Source of the DNA: Balanoglossus misakiensis
Taxonomy: Eukaryota; Animalia; Hemichordata
Reading direction: 5' to 3'
Assembly: GCA_040954595.2 (NCBI GenBank)
Contig: CM082584.2
Location: forward strand, 9,939,061-10,003,060
Length of the DNA stretch: 64,000 bases
Shown here in pieces: positions 1-12,394 of the stretch. The stretch's first letter is position 1; every line of letters starts with the position of its first letter. The translations under genes and the position numbers were made by a program. The notes under the pieces were generated by a model. It searched no databases. It saw only the letters and a list, made by a program, of their open reading frames with translations, and had not been told where the DNA came from.

Positions 1-186
1 TTTTGTGTATTCGTTGCCGGCTAGTTGCTTGGCCTCAAAACATTGTTGTCGTTGTTCAACTCTGTGTACACCCGGAATTCTGAAATCCGTTCAACCATCC
101 TTACGGAACGGAAATAAAGACTGTTTATTTCATTATAGCGATTTCTTCTTTTCTTCCCCATTAATTTCATACAATCTGTGTTACAG

Positions 187-3100
187 AGCAATGCGACGAC
201 GGACTTTTCACGTGCGCTAACGGCAGATGTATCCCGGAGACATGGTTATGTGACGAAGATGACGATTGTCGTGATAACTCTGATGAGGAAAACTGCCGTA
301 AGTAAAATCAGAAAATGTAATCATTGAAATCTGCCGCGAAACTAGGTACAAAGGTAACTTCGATTGGGGAGTTGGTTTCATTGGAATCTCGAACCATATT
401 TCCGACCACGCCACGCCGGCAGCCATTGGTTTTTTTTTATACGGGCGTGTACCCAGATTGTCTGTTTTACAACAAGCGTTTTAGCCGGCTTGTTTCATAC
501 AATAGACTAGACAGTAAGGTCGGTGTTTTGTATTATTATATCTCGTAGTGAAAATGGACCTATCCTAAGTCATAATTCGCAAATACACTGGAAATCTTAA
601 TTTGCCGGTCTGACTATTATTAGTCGCGTAGTTGACCTTAGATGAGAATTTGTCCATCTGAAATATGTACCATTTCGTTTCTGTGAATATGTGAGATTTT
701 TCTGTAGATTTCAAAGTTCAAATACCGTGTGTTCATGTGGTTAAATTGGATGCTGCTTTGCCCCTCCAATATTTACCAGCTTTGTTTGGGTTGGGCCGCG
801 CCGATACCGACCGGCGAAATAATTACCGGCGAAATTTGTGAAAGTATTTTTGTTCTGATCGGGAAAAGCGTGGCGAGATAATTTTTTCCCTACTATGTAT
901 TGATGAAACTACTGGATAGTATTTTATTTACGAAACTTCTTTTACGGGTCGCTATCTGTGAATTTTTGACGATTTTTTGAAAAAAACTGTACTTTGTAGA
1001 GTATAGATTTTAGTGTCACGTTGTGACGCGGCAAGCCCAATGTTTTGGTTGTGCAGCCATAGCCAACCATGATTGACAACTGGTGTATTGACGTCAGTCC
1101 CTTTGAGTGAGTTGATTGGCTGATCGACCTCGCCAGACGTCACACACCCTCTTGCTTGTACGTCAGAAATGATTGATAACGTGCTTCCAGATTCCTCTAC
1201 TTCCATTGGCTGTTTCGAAACACACCAGCCAACACATGATTATTTTCAACGAATGACAACAACATTGTATGCATAATTAATTTATGAGGCAAAACAAATC
1301 GACACGCCCATTCATAATGAAAACAAACGTTCCTGAGTCCCGATAGCGGAGCACTGAGCGATATAACGGCTACAGAATAATTTGCAAAACGTCTGAATAA
1401 AAAAAAAATAACTTGCACGGTTGATCGGTCGGTATTATTTTAAAGAGAATTCGAGTTGGATGAAGTGATGTTTGTGTGGGGAATTTTTAAGAACACGGGA
1501 AGATGGGGTGAAAATGGTGGTGTGTCATTCTTCCTGGCACACAGCCAAGATCTTATACACATAAAGGTCGATCATAGGCCAGGCAGGGAAATATACATTT
1601 TTGCAAGGGGAGGGGGAGGGGGTTACATACTAGTGGAGAAATGGAATGTTATCCCTATTTTCTGTACAAAAAATATAATGAACAGACGAAAAAGTTGGTT
1701 ATTAATTGCTACAAAAAGGGATTATTGATACACATTGAAAATGTTGGGGTGGGGTTCAGACTTCAGGGACATTTCTGGCAATTTTTTGTGTTTGTGTGTT
1801 GGCAAATGCTGGTACATGCAATATTGAATAGAAATGCAGCATTCCAAATGTTATTGTTGTTACTTGTTTGTAAACAATTGTACAAATTCCTTTCTAAATG
1901 AGTCACCCTGTATCCACTGGGGATAGCGGAGTTGTCTTTTCAGAAAATGGAGAAGGTGCAGTTGCATATTTCTTCGGTCAAGGGCACTCAAGTTTTGGTG
2001 GCCTACTTTGGCAAAGTTGGTAGATAAATTCCAACACCAGATACCGGTGTTATATCTACAGGTATATCCTGTGTGTTCTGGGCATTAGCTGTTCAACAAG
2101 ATGATTAGTGATTATGGAAGATTTCATGGCGGCCCAGTTTACTCAAAGTTTCGATCACCGCAAACCACATCCTGTTCTTTGAAATGCAAGTACATTTTGT
2201 GTACGTGTATTTCAGCAATTGGTTTGGTTTGCCTGTGTGTTTAGTAAAATCTCATGTTTACCCCAGAAAGGTGTTTCTAAGAGAGAAGTGAAGAAAAATT
2301 CTAGTTACTTATTTTCTCCAGTAAAGTGTGGCAATTGGTTTGTTTCCTCCAGTAATGAGCATTGTGTGAACTTTGAACCCCAGGATTCCGACAGGACAGG
2401 AAGAACACTCCTTCAAAACTGAGTGCGTGGAGTTTCGAGGAATTTCCCCCACCACTGACTGGTCTGGACAGGGTGTTTGGTTCCAGGAAGTCTCGAGGTG
2501 TAGACTCACGATAGTGGACATGCCAAAATACACGTTCATGGTGTGTGTCGTGCTGGCTTTGCTGTCTGACTCCTCTCGAGGTGTGTTGAGTACATGTAAG
2601 CACAAAAGTTTCTGCGCCGCCATTACCGATGCAAACAGTCGCACAAAAGGGATTCATGCACTTTATTCATGCATTCAGAAGTTGCTCTGTGAGGCTGTGA
2701 GACGCACACATTCAACTCTCCCGTGTAGTCAGGCACTGTAGGCCGTTTTTCCCTAAGTCTGGCCTTGTTGTAAATTCAGGTCAAGGTAGTAAGTTGATTT
2801 GGCGTTTTGACAGAAACCCTAAGATATGCATGTTACATGAATAAGGTTCATGAGAAGCCCTGGTGTCAAGGTCATTTAACCCTGCCATGCCATCTTTGAT
2901 GTATATTCAACACGATCTTTGGCAGCAAATGGGTTGTATATTATGTCAAGTAGTATGCTAGACATTCTTAATCCATGGTGCAGCAGAATTTGAAAGGCCA
3001 GTCAAAGTACAAACAGTGAGCTGCTCCTTTTGGAGTGACTAAACCAGTTTTCCCCCTCAGAACAGGAACTCAAAGCTGGGGCATGACCGGGAAAAGCACC

Positions 3101-6100
3101 CCCTGGAAGCATTTTCCTTGTTTCTGTTTCCTCATTCATAAAAACCGTGGGAATTCTTCATTTCGTGGTAATGCTTCCCGGATACCAGGAATCACCACAT
3201 GTTGCAGAGTATTACATTTTTCCCAAACCAAAACTTCACTTACATATTCAATTGAAGTTTTGCTCGGGTCATGGAACTTCCTCTCACAGAATGAGATAAA
3301 GTTTAAGACTTTTTTTTTCCATTAGAGGTTATATATCTTTAGAGGGAGTCAAAGCTTGACCTGAAAAAGGTTTGTGCAAAGAGTATCAAATAAAAGAATT
3401 CTAAAAGCCAGACAAAATGCTCGCAACTGACCAAAATGTTTAAGCTATCTGATTCAATTCGCTACCTGCCCCGAGCAAAAGTATTTACGCTTTTCTCCCC
3501 TAACGCTGAGAAAATGAGCACATGACTTCTAAAGAGTAAAAAGGCCGTCTTTGGGTAACAGATATCACATCAGCTGATTGTGCAGCCGAGACTGTCAAGA
3601 ACTGAAAATATGAGCCAAAAATAAAGTTCTTCAGAAAAAGTGGGACGAGCAAAATGTTCTTTTCAATGAAATCAGGGCCACACCGGCTATTTTTGTGATA
3701 TTGTCAATTGACTCGTAGTGCCTCTCCAGGTTGGCTTCGGAGTGGTTTCAAATTGATTATTTGTCCATTCAACAACATGAAATGCTCTAAATTTCCAACT
3801 TGATCAATATTTAGGGAAAAAACAAGTCTTTGATTCTCTTCCTATAATACAAAATGCAAATTTTCGTCAAGTCTGGATTTGTGCACAGTTTGACTTCATG
3901 AAAATTGTATCATGAAAGAAATTGTGCTGTATATTTGAAATACAACTTTGGTAAAATGTCATGAAATGCACTGCATTTTTTTTAATTAGCTCAGTTGCTC
4001 AGAATTGTAAGTTTTATTTGAGTTTATTTTTCCCCCATGAAGAAACTTCTAAGTTTATTTTTTTCCCATGAAGAAACTACTATGTAAGCTGATTGGCACA
4101 TTCTGGCAGACAAATCTTTGTTATTTTCTCTCATGAAAAATTTGGCCTTATTAACACCTTCTGTGTTGGCTAATTACCAAGGCAATTATTTATGTCTGGT
4201 GAAAATGCAAAACAAGGCCAGATTTATAGGCTATGTAGACACAAGGCAAACATGACAAGTTCGTCACCCAGCATTTCCAGAGTTTTTTGTAAGGGGGGCA
4301 TAGAAGTTGCCCCCAATTGCAGGTCCCTACTCTGAAAATTTCAAAATTATGGCACAAGGCGTGTACATTCCAGACAAGATCCCCATCCCGTCCACGGTAC
4401 ACGGAATCAGCATATGGGACTACCCCCCAAAAATTCTCTCAAGGTTTCCGATCGTGCAAGAAACTGCTGATGTTATTCTGATTGGCTGGCCAGCCATCAG
4501 GCCACATTCATGAGAAGGGGTGTTTTTTTCATGGGCCCGTCTCAAGGGTGATTGTGTAGAACTGTAAAACATGAGCTGATAAGAATATAGATTCTGAAAT
4601 ATTTTCATTGTTTTTTATGACATTTCTGTCATCAACAAATCTTTTTTTATTCATGAGGGGTTATCGCAACTTATCGAAGAGGTTCATGTAATCAGGCGAC
4701 ATAAATTATCGTCGTGTCAGACAACCCAAAAGTTTGTGGTCTGTTTTTAAAAAATTATACAATTTCAAACTTGTGATTCATGAAATAATTACATTTTGTT
4801 ATCCAGAGATTTGATAAAAATGTTTTTGGGGAATCATTTTAAGTTTCATACACGTGCATTTATGATATTTTTATAGATTGTGTGTCACTTAGAGATGAGG
4901 TTGTCAGATGTCAGTTGTGAAAGATCAATATTTAATTTTATGTGAGTCAACATCAAAATATCGTACGATGCTATTAAAAACCAGAATGCTTAGTAAGGGG
5001 CCCAGCAAAAAATGTATACAAGTGGGGTTGAAAAGCCCAGAGCAAATTTGTGATGTCCAGTTTTGGTTTGGCTGGGGTGTGGACATAAAAGTCTCGCATG
5101 AATTGGCACTGTGCCAGAATTTCAACTTTCATAGGTTTTGTCGCTCGGCCGAGAAAGTGGAATGGCCCTGGGTTTTTAATGTGATGATGTCTGTGGTCAG
5201 TCGATCTGGTTTGTCATAAAGTGGTGTGATGTTAATTAGAATATGCCAATCCAATGTCAGCGCTTTCAATTAGGTACACGGCACTGTGTTGTTGTTGTTT
5301 TTTGTCTTGCTCCGCGGTATGGCGTGATCGAATGGGAGGCGTAGTTTGTCATATTTGTAGGGTGACTTGATGTGTATTGATGAGCGTGACATGCATAAAC
5401 AGCGTGACTTGGTGCATTGCAGTTTACTTTTCCCTGTCCAACGCCCGTTTATTTTTTGGGGAAAATCTCGCTTGCTTTGAGAAGCATTGCAGTCTTTGTT
5501 CTACTTTGTTCTGTTGACTTTGAACATTTCTTGGAATTTCTAAAGCGAAAGTATTGATTGATGGTTGGTGTGGGATTAACGTTGTGTAACAATGCGTCAG
5601 TTTTAGGGGTAAAAGTGCCTTGCGTGTTTAGCTTGGTGTGCTTGGATTATCTTATCTGTCTCAGGATTTGGCTTAATTTTAATGCCTGCCAAATGTTGGG
5701 CCACCCAGGAGGAGTAAACAACAACAAAAATAACTAATATAATGTAAATAAAATTAAAAATGTAAATATCCCAAATCTGAGACTGAATCGAGATATGGGA
5801 AGAGGCGAACTGAAAGGGGAAATGATGGTCACAACAAAAATACCAGTATTTGCATGCAGACATAGGAATGTGATGTTAATACTCTCTGATCAGACTAACA
5901 TTTTACAGGTGCTGCTAAATAAGGACTTTCCAAATAAATTACGAAGTACTTATGTACTTTTCATCTCCCCTTGAGGGCGCAGGTGACTGACAAATTTTTC
6001 TTTTCTTTTTGAAACCCCAACAGGGAAGAGAACATGCAGCCAGACAGAATTCAAGTGTAATAACAACCAGTGCATTCCGAACAGGTGGATGTGCGACGGT

Positions 6101-9100
6101 GATGCTGACTGCGAAGATGGGTCGGATGAAGAAGAAATGCTTTGTCGTAAGTGTCGAAATTCATCGCATACGTATGCGTATTTTTTAGTGTGCGTAGTGT
6201 TTAGTTGCGTGGTTTGACACCGGTGCTTTTCCAGATTGGTTGGGCGATCTACAGTCTGTAGTGATAAAATACAGATCTGTAGTCTACCCCCCAAAATGCC
6301 ATACTGACAAAAGTCAGTCTTTTAAAAAGGACTCTTTTGCAATATACAGTATGGCGTTTGGTGACAGATGTCGCACATTGATTACGCTAACATAATGGTC
6401 ATGAAAGCCGAGAATTTGTATTCCGCACATTTTCTTTAGACAGGAAGTGGTGATTACAATATTGACTCTTTCAGACAAGTTTGGTTAAAAAAAATTAACT
6501 TACATAAGCTGGAAAAAGTAAAAAGAAGGGAAATAGGCTAATCCGTGTACGGGACACGTTTCGGGTCGTTGAACCGGTCATTGTGGACAAGTGGTATGAT
6601 GCCTGACGTCATTACGTCAAAGCTTTTGTGAAAATGATATTGAAAATTACCATTGCGTAATGAATGGCTTAATTATGCGGGAAGCCATAGTGTTTTGAAT
6701 TTTCAGGATGTGGTCTGATTTCTTTGTTCATGACGGCCGTAGAACTTGTTCAAGGTGGTCATGGAAACGATGCAGGGAGAAAAATCAGGTTGTGGAGGCT
6801 GACATTAAAAAAAAGACCAGGAAATACATGAATGAAAGATGTAAATGAATTGTGTAACACCAATCTCAAAGGTTATTGTATGTACAATCTTTGTAATCCC
6901 TGCGATAATACATGTATTTTGACTAGCCAGGGGCAAATGACGCCGACTGATAACATATTTTAGATCAAGGGTCGACAATAGCTTGAAGTCAGACAGATAT
7001 GAAATAATTGTAAAAATGCATCAGGACTGTACATGAATGAAATTAGTGTTTACAAATCAAACTTCTTGTATTAATTGGTGGACGTTGAAAATAAATCACT
7101 GAGTGGGATTCTTCAAAAATGGGGCGATTGAACTGTAATGAGTGTAAAGCCCAGACATTTTTTGAACGGAACGTGGGTAGCCCCTGGTATATTCAAGGGG
7201 CATTGTTTGAGGTAGCACATCACCAGAGCGATAGAGGAGTTTTTTTTTTGTGTGTGTACTGTCCACGGGGAAGGTGGTTGAATAGGCCCGAAAAAAGGCC
7301 CCCATTGTAGAAGGAGTAAGTTCCACCCTCTCTCTTGTGTGTGTGTCACTGTGTACAGGGCAGAGGCCCGGCCTCACTATCGAACTGAACCGAGCCATTG
7401 TCCCCTCAAAATTCCTATGCAAAGTAGCCGTGTTCAGAGCGTGAACGAAATTCTCACGGTCTGCAAGTTTTCCTTTCAAGAAGAGGGTGGCCACCAAAAC
7501 TGGTCGCACAGGAGTTCTGATTTTCTGGGAAAGTGAACATAGATTTTATTCCACCCATCAGTGTTATCAATCTTGCATAATGTTAAGCAAAAAATAGCGA
7601 TACCCTATGCAGCTAAACACCCTCACCCAACAAGACGCCTGTTCATTTGCCGAACGCAGACCGTTCATGAAAAGGCATTCTTGTCTAAGGTTGCCAGGAG
7701 GCGGTTCCTGTGAAGTGGGGTTGCACAGTGTGATGGTTTTATGGTCCAGCAGTATATAATGTCTGTGTGGTGATTGATAATGCCCTATAACACAGTGACA
7801 CCTTGTCTGTCTCCGGCCGAAAGTGATTCATTTCCACAACCATTACAACAGTCTCCTTGTTATGTAACCTGCTCAAATAACAAAAATGAAGATTTTTTCC
7901 TGTTTTTTTTTTTTTTTTCATATTCCCAACACAAATTTAATATTTAGTACACCACTCTAGAATCTCTGTAGGCACTTAATTTGGCAGGACTGTAGTAAGC
8001 GTGACATTGAAAATGGCAGTTAAAATCAATACCAGCACAATGGTAAATAACACAGCGTGGCTGTTGGTTTATTCTTATTAGGTAACAGCTGCTCTAAAAA
8101 AAGAAGGAAGCCATGTTAATTATGTGCCTGGTGGTTTAGCTGATCATGGATCACCTTTGAAAATTTAATAATATTCATTTCATCATCATCCTGTGATAAG
8201 CGTTGGTGCTCTCTTGTAATCACCAGAGATCAATTTGTACGTAGGTGATATGATTGACTTTTACAAGGTGGTACAAATAGAAGCAACCCATTTTATGGCC
8301 ATCATCTAGGCAAATGTCCAACCAACCAATGGTTCCCCCTCTCATAGAAAAGTGGTGTTGTCCTTGTGTGTGTGTGGATGAGTTTTTTGGTCATGGGAAA
8401 ACTAATAATTAGAGTCCTATTAGGTGTGTGCCAGTCTGGAGGAAATGGGGATTGTTTAGTCTGGCAACCATTGGGGTGTGGGTGTCGGTGACAGAATGGC
8501 TGGGCTGTTGCTTGAGGTGGCTTTCTGGCCGGTGTCAGGTTGTGAGAGGACATGGGTCATTACAGTTCTCGAACTCGATCCGTGGACATTTGAGTTTGCT
8601 TTGCGTCGTGATTTCAAGATAGTGTGTGTGGTCTGTGCCATGTTAGTGTTCTCACCTGCAATCCTGTTTTTTCCCCATCAAATTGTTAATTGACCTGTGT
8701 TTTTATTTTTTTATTTTTTTTAGGCGAACGCACATGTGGAGCTGACCATTTCAGCTGCGGAGAAGGATCAATCTGTATTCCAGCATCCTGGAGGTGTGAC
8801 AGAGAAAACGATTGCGACAATGGAGCAGACGAGCGTGACTGCAGTAAGTGACCTGCAAAGATTTCTACGCACTTTTGTGCAGTCTCTATCGATTAAAAAA
8901 AAGAAGTTTTCTGTCACATTTTTGATTTCGACGGCATCCTAATGTGTATCCTGACTTTCTTTCCTTCGCAGGTGAAGTGACATGCAAGTCGGACGAATTT
9001 TCCTGCGACAACGGCAAGTGCATCTCGGCCAGATGGGTGTGTGACCAGGACGACGACTGCGGCGACAATTCGGACGAGTTCAACTGCCCGGTGCCCACGT

Positions 9101-12100
9101 GCGACGCCTCCGAGTACATGTGCAACAACAGCTACTGTATCCCCGACCGGTGGCTGTGTGACGGCGATGTCGACTGCACGGACAGTTCCGACGAATCGGA
9201 GGAGGTGTGTGGTTCGGAGTCGCCACCGTCGCCGTGCTCATCTAGAGAGTTCACTTGCTCCAACCAGGAGTGTATTCACATTTCGTGGCACTGTGACGGC
9301 GACGTCGACTGCACCGATGGATCAGATGAATACAACTGTCGTAAGTATTTAGGTTTCTGAGAATTCTAAAAAAAAATTGTTGCGAGTTTGAGATCATGAA
9401 AAGAGTGCTAATGTTGAGTGTCTGTAGGCAACAGGGACTTACCGACCTGCCCTTTCCCCTTACAGCACGCGAACAGACCTGCGACGAAGATCAGTTCACC
9501 TGCGCCTCTGGCGACTGCATCATGGGCGTGCTGCAGTGCAACGGCGACCGCGACTGCATGGACGGCTCGGACGAATGGGAGTGCACCACCACGCCGGCGC
9601 CGTGCGACTCCACGACGAAGTTCCAGTGCGGCAACGGCAAGTGCATCGACTTGAGCAAGGTCTGCGATCACCGGAACGACTGCGACGACTGGTCAGACGA
9701 ACCGGAGGATGGCAAATGCAGTAAGTTTTACATTATGATGCAAAAAAAATTCAGTTGCAGACTGTACACTTTACAGATATTGCATGTTTTTTTTCTCTCT
9801 CACTCGTTGTAATGCATAATATTTTTTGTCACTATTTCAGATGTAGACGAGTGTGCGGAGGATAACGGCGGGTGCGCACAGCTGTGCCACGATCTGAAAA
9901 TTGGATATTATTGCATGTGCAACGACGGCTACGAACTGTTGGAGGACGGCAAGACGTGCGAGGATATCAACGAGTGTGCGATTCCGGGCACCTGCAGCCA
10001 GGACTGCGAGAACACAAAGGGTGGATTCAAGTGTAGCTGCATCGACGGTTACGAATTGGATCACGACCACACCCGGTGCAAGCCGGTGGGCGGCGGCGAC
10101 GCCCTCCTGTTGTTTGCCAACAGGATGGACATCCGCGAGATCAACCCGGTCCTGAATGAGTACAGAGAGATTGTCAAAGACCTGCGCTCTGCTGTGGCCC
10201 TGGATTACGACTACCAGAGGGGATTTCTGTACTGGACCGACGTCGGCACTGAGCAGATCCTCAGGTGAGTGTTCATTAAAAATGCAGCTGGCGTCTCTGT
10301 CGATTTCTGTGATAATCCTGTCAACAACAAAAATCGCCCAGTGATGCAGTCAGTTGCCAACTAACACACCTTTCTTGTCTGTGCAGGATACCCATTGATG
10401 GTCAGGGCGAGACTCAAGTGATCATCGAAAATGACGTACACACTCCGGACGGCGTGGCCATCGACTGGATCTACCAGAACCTCTACTGGACAGACACTGG
10501 CACCGATTCCATCGAAGTGGCCCATCTGGATGACGAAGGCAATGTGACACACAGGACTGTTCTCATAAACGAGGATTTGGATGAACCCAGAGCCATTGTC
10601 GTGGATCCAATCGAAGGGTATGTGTCTCTTGCGTGTGTTTTTTTGCATGAATGAGAGAAATCAGTTTTTAATGTCAGTAAATTTAGCCACAACCTGTATC
10701 TCTCTCATCTGCCCGAGGACGATCTTTTCTAACTTCTAATTTGTCTACGTTGCATCGTCAACAGGTTTATGTATTGGAGTGACTGGGGCGAACCTGCCAA
10801 GATTGAGAGAGCGGGTCTGAACGGAATGGACCGAGCCATCCTTGTGAACACCGAAATCCTGTGGCCCAACGGACTGACCATCGACTATGTGTCGCGGCGA
10901 ATCTTCTGGGCGGACGCCAAGCTGCACTTGCTGGGCAGCTGCAACTTGGTGGGCGGCGACCGGGTGAACATCATCTCCTCGGAGTCGACGCTCCCTCACC
11001 CGTTCTCCATCACCGTCTTCGGCGACGACATGTACTGGACCGACTGGGAGACGGAGCAGATTCACAAAGCGAACAAGTTCACCGGCGGCGGACACGTGAC
11101 GCTGACGGAGAAGCTGTACTCGCCCATGGGAATCCACGTCTATCACCCAGTCAGGCAACAAAGCGGTGAGTAAACCTAGTGGTACTCTTTTAACCGGGGC
11201 AGTTCAGATGAAGGGTGTAGAGGAAATAATGGGACTGACTTTGTTTTTCTGATGAGTTACTTATGAGGTACCTTATAGAAGAATGGGGTTTGCATAAATT
11301 GACAAGTGTTTTTAGCATTTGTGTGTATAATATATATTTGCCAGTGACCTCGTTGAATGAAACAGCCACTGACTTGGTTTTTCCTGATCTCTGTTCCTCT
11401 TTCTCCAGGAATCAACCACTGCGGGGTCAACAACGGCCGATGCTCGCACTTGTGCGTGGCGGCACCACAGATCACAGCCCGCTCGGCCAAGTACTCATGC
11501 CTGTGCCCGGTCGGCTTCTCATTGCTGGAAGACGGCCACACGTGCAACGTGAACGGCGCCACCCCGAAACCGGGACTCGCCCCACCAGGTGAAGCCACCC
11601 ACCCGACCACCCTCCCCCCTTCGGTCACGGTGACCGGACCCAGGGCGCCGTTTACCACCAAGAAGGGTCCCGCCGCCCACGAGGCATCCTCGGCCATTGC
11701 CGCCGGCGAGCTGGCCGGAATCATTATTGGAGCGGTGTTCGCAATTGTTATCATCGTAGGCATCATTGCGCTGTTCCTTTGGAGGTAGGGCTCTCCACAT
11801 TCATAGAATTGTGTATTTCTTAATTATGTCTGACTTGGAAGAAAATGTCTGAATGATGTCATTAGTCTTTTGTGGGTCAGGATTTTAAGGGTTAATTTTT
11901 TAAGTGTAGCTCGCTTTTACTGTTTATATTTTCCAGACTTCTGACCATTTTCTCCTTTCTTAACCCCTGCAGGAACTATGTAAATAGAAGTAAAAGATCA
12001 ATGAACTTTGATAATCCTGTATATAGAAAAACTACTGAAGACCAATTTTGTCTAGAAAAATATCAACATAATCCTGGCAGAACATATCCACCGGTAAGTG

Positions 12101-12394
12101 TGAATTTAGCATGATGTTTGTCCTTATTGGGGGTACACGTTGGGGAGGGTGGTTGAGGTATGGGGGTATAGGGGTATAACATGACTTAGGAACACTGTCC
12201 ATGTGACACCAATCTCTACCAATGATCTGAAACCCATGAACATTCCAGTGTTGTGTCTCCCCCTGTTGCCATGAAATTGTTACTGACATAGCCTTGTATG
12301 TACGCCCACATTCCACACATTCTAACCATTGCTTTTTCTTCTGTCTCTCTCTCTCCAACAGCTAACTGGTGTGAGCACAGATGAGAATGTTTAA
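187..12394 (+). CDS. VLDLR: VLDLR / lipophorin-receptor-like LDL receptor family member; 5'-partial (signal-peptide exon upstream of window)
   Basis: Phase-consistent GT-AG exons: 187-297 (LA1 [36 protein letters not shown]), 6024-6146 (LA2), 8724-8843 (LA3), 8972-9340 (LA4-6), 9466-9720 (LA7-8), 9841-10264 (Ca-type EGF-A DVDEC, EGF-B DINEC, start of propeller), 10387-10617 and 10765-11165 (YWTD propeller), 11409-11784 (EGF-C, Pro/Thr stalk, [26 protein letters not shown]), 11973-12093 ([16 protein letters not shown]), 12362-12394 ([10 protein letters not shown]). 2564 nt in window. The symbol denotes architecture; one-to-one orthology to vertebrate VLDLR versus LDLR/LRP8 is not established. 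Confidence 0.95.
1010..1215. promoter_or_regulatory. Intronic promoter/enhancer-like motif cluster (CRE + CCAAT boxes)
   Basis: Full CRE TGACGTCA 1089-1096, further ACGTCA half-sites at ~1137 and ~1160, CCAAT/ATTGG at ~1037, ~1115 and ~1205, in a CpG-containing patch upstream of the candidate alternative exon. Confidence 0.4.
2520..2595 (+). CDS. Candidate alternative first coding exon (signal peptide) of the VLDLR-like gene
   Basis: ATG at 2520 (gacATG) reads [25 protein letters not shown], then a phase-1 donor T|GTAAGC. Phase matches the LA2 exon at 6024 (T+GG = Trp, then KRTCSQTEF). Confidence 0.6.
6604..6661. promoter_or_regulatory. bZIP site cluster in intron (CRE, CRE variant, C/EBP-like)
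   Basis: TGACGTCA 6604-6611 abutting TTACGTCA 6612-6619; ATTGCGTAAT at 6652-6661. Confidence 0.3.

Noticed and set aside
8886-11800. Long overlapping ORFs on the minus strand and alternative frames (e.g. 10745-11161, 11257-11766; likewise 46546-47255 and 51329-51760)
   Set aside because: Shadow ORFs of GC3-rich LDLR-family exons; no independent coding signal.
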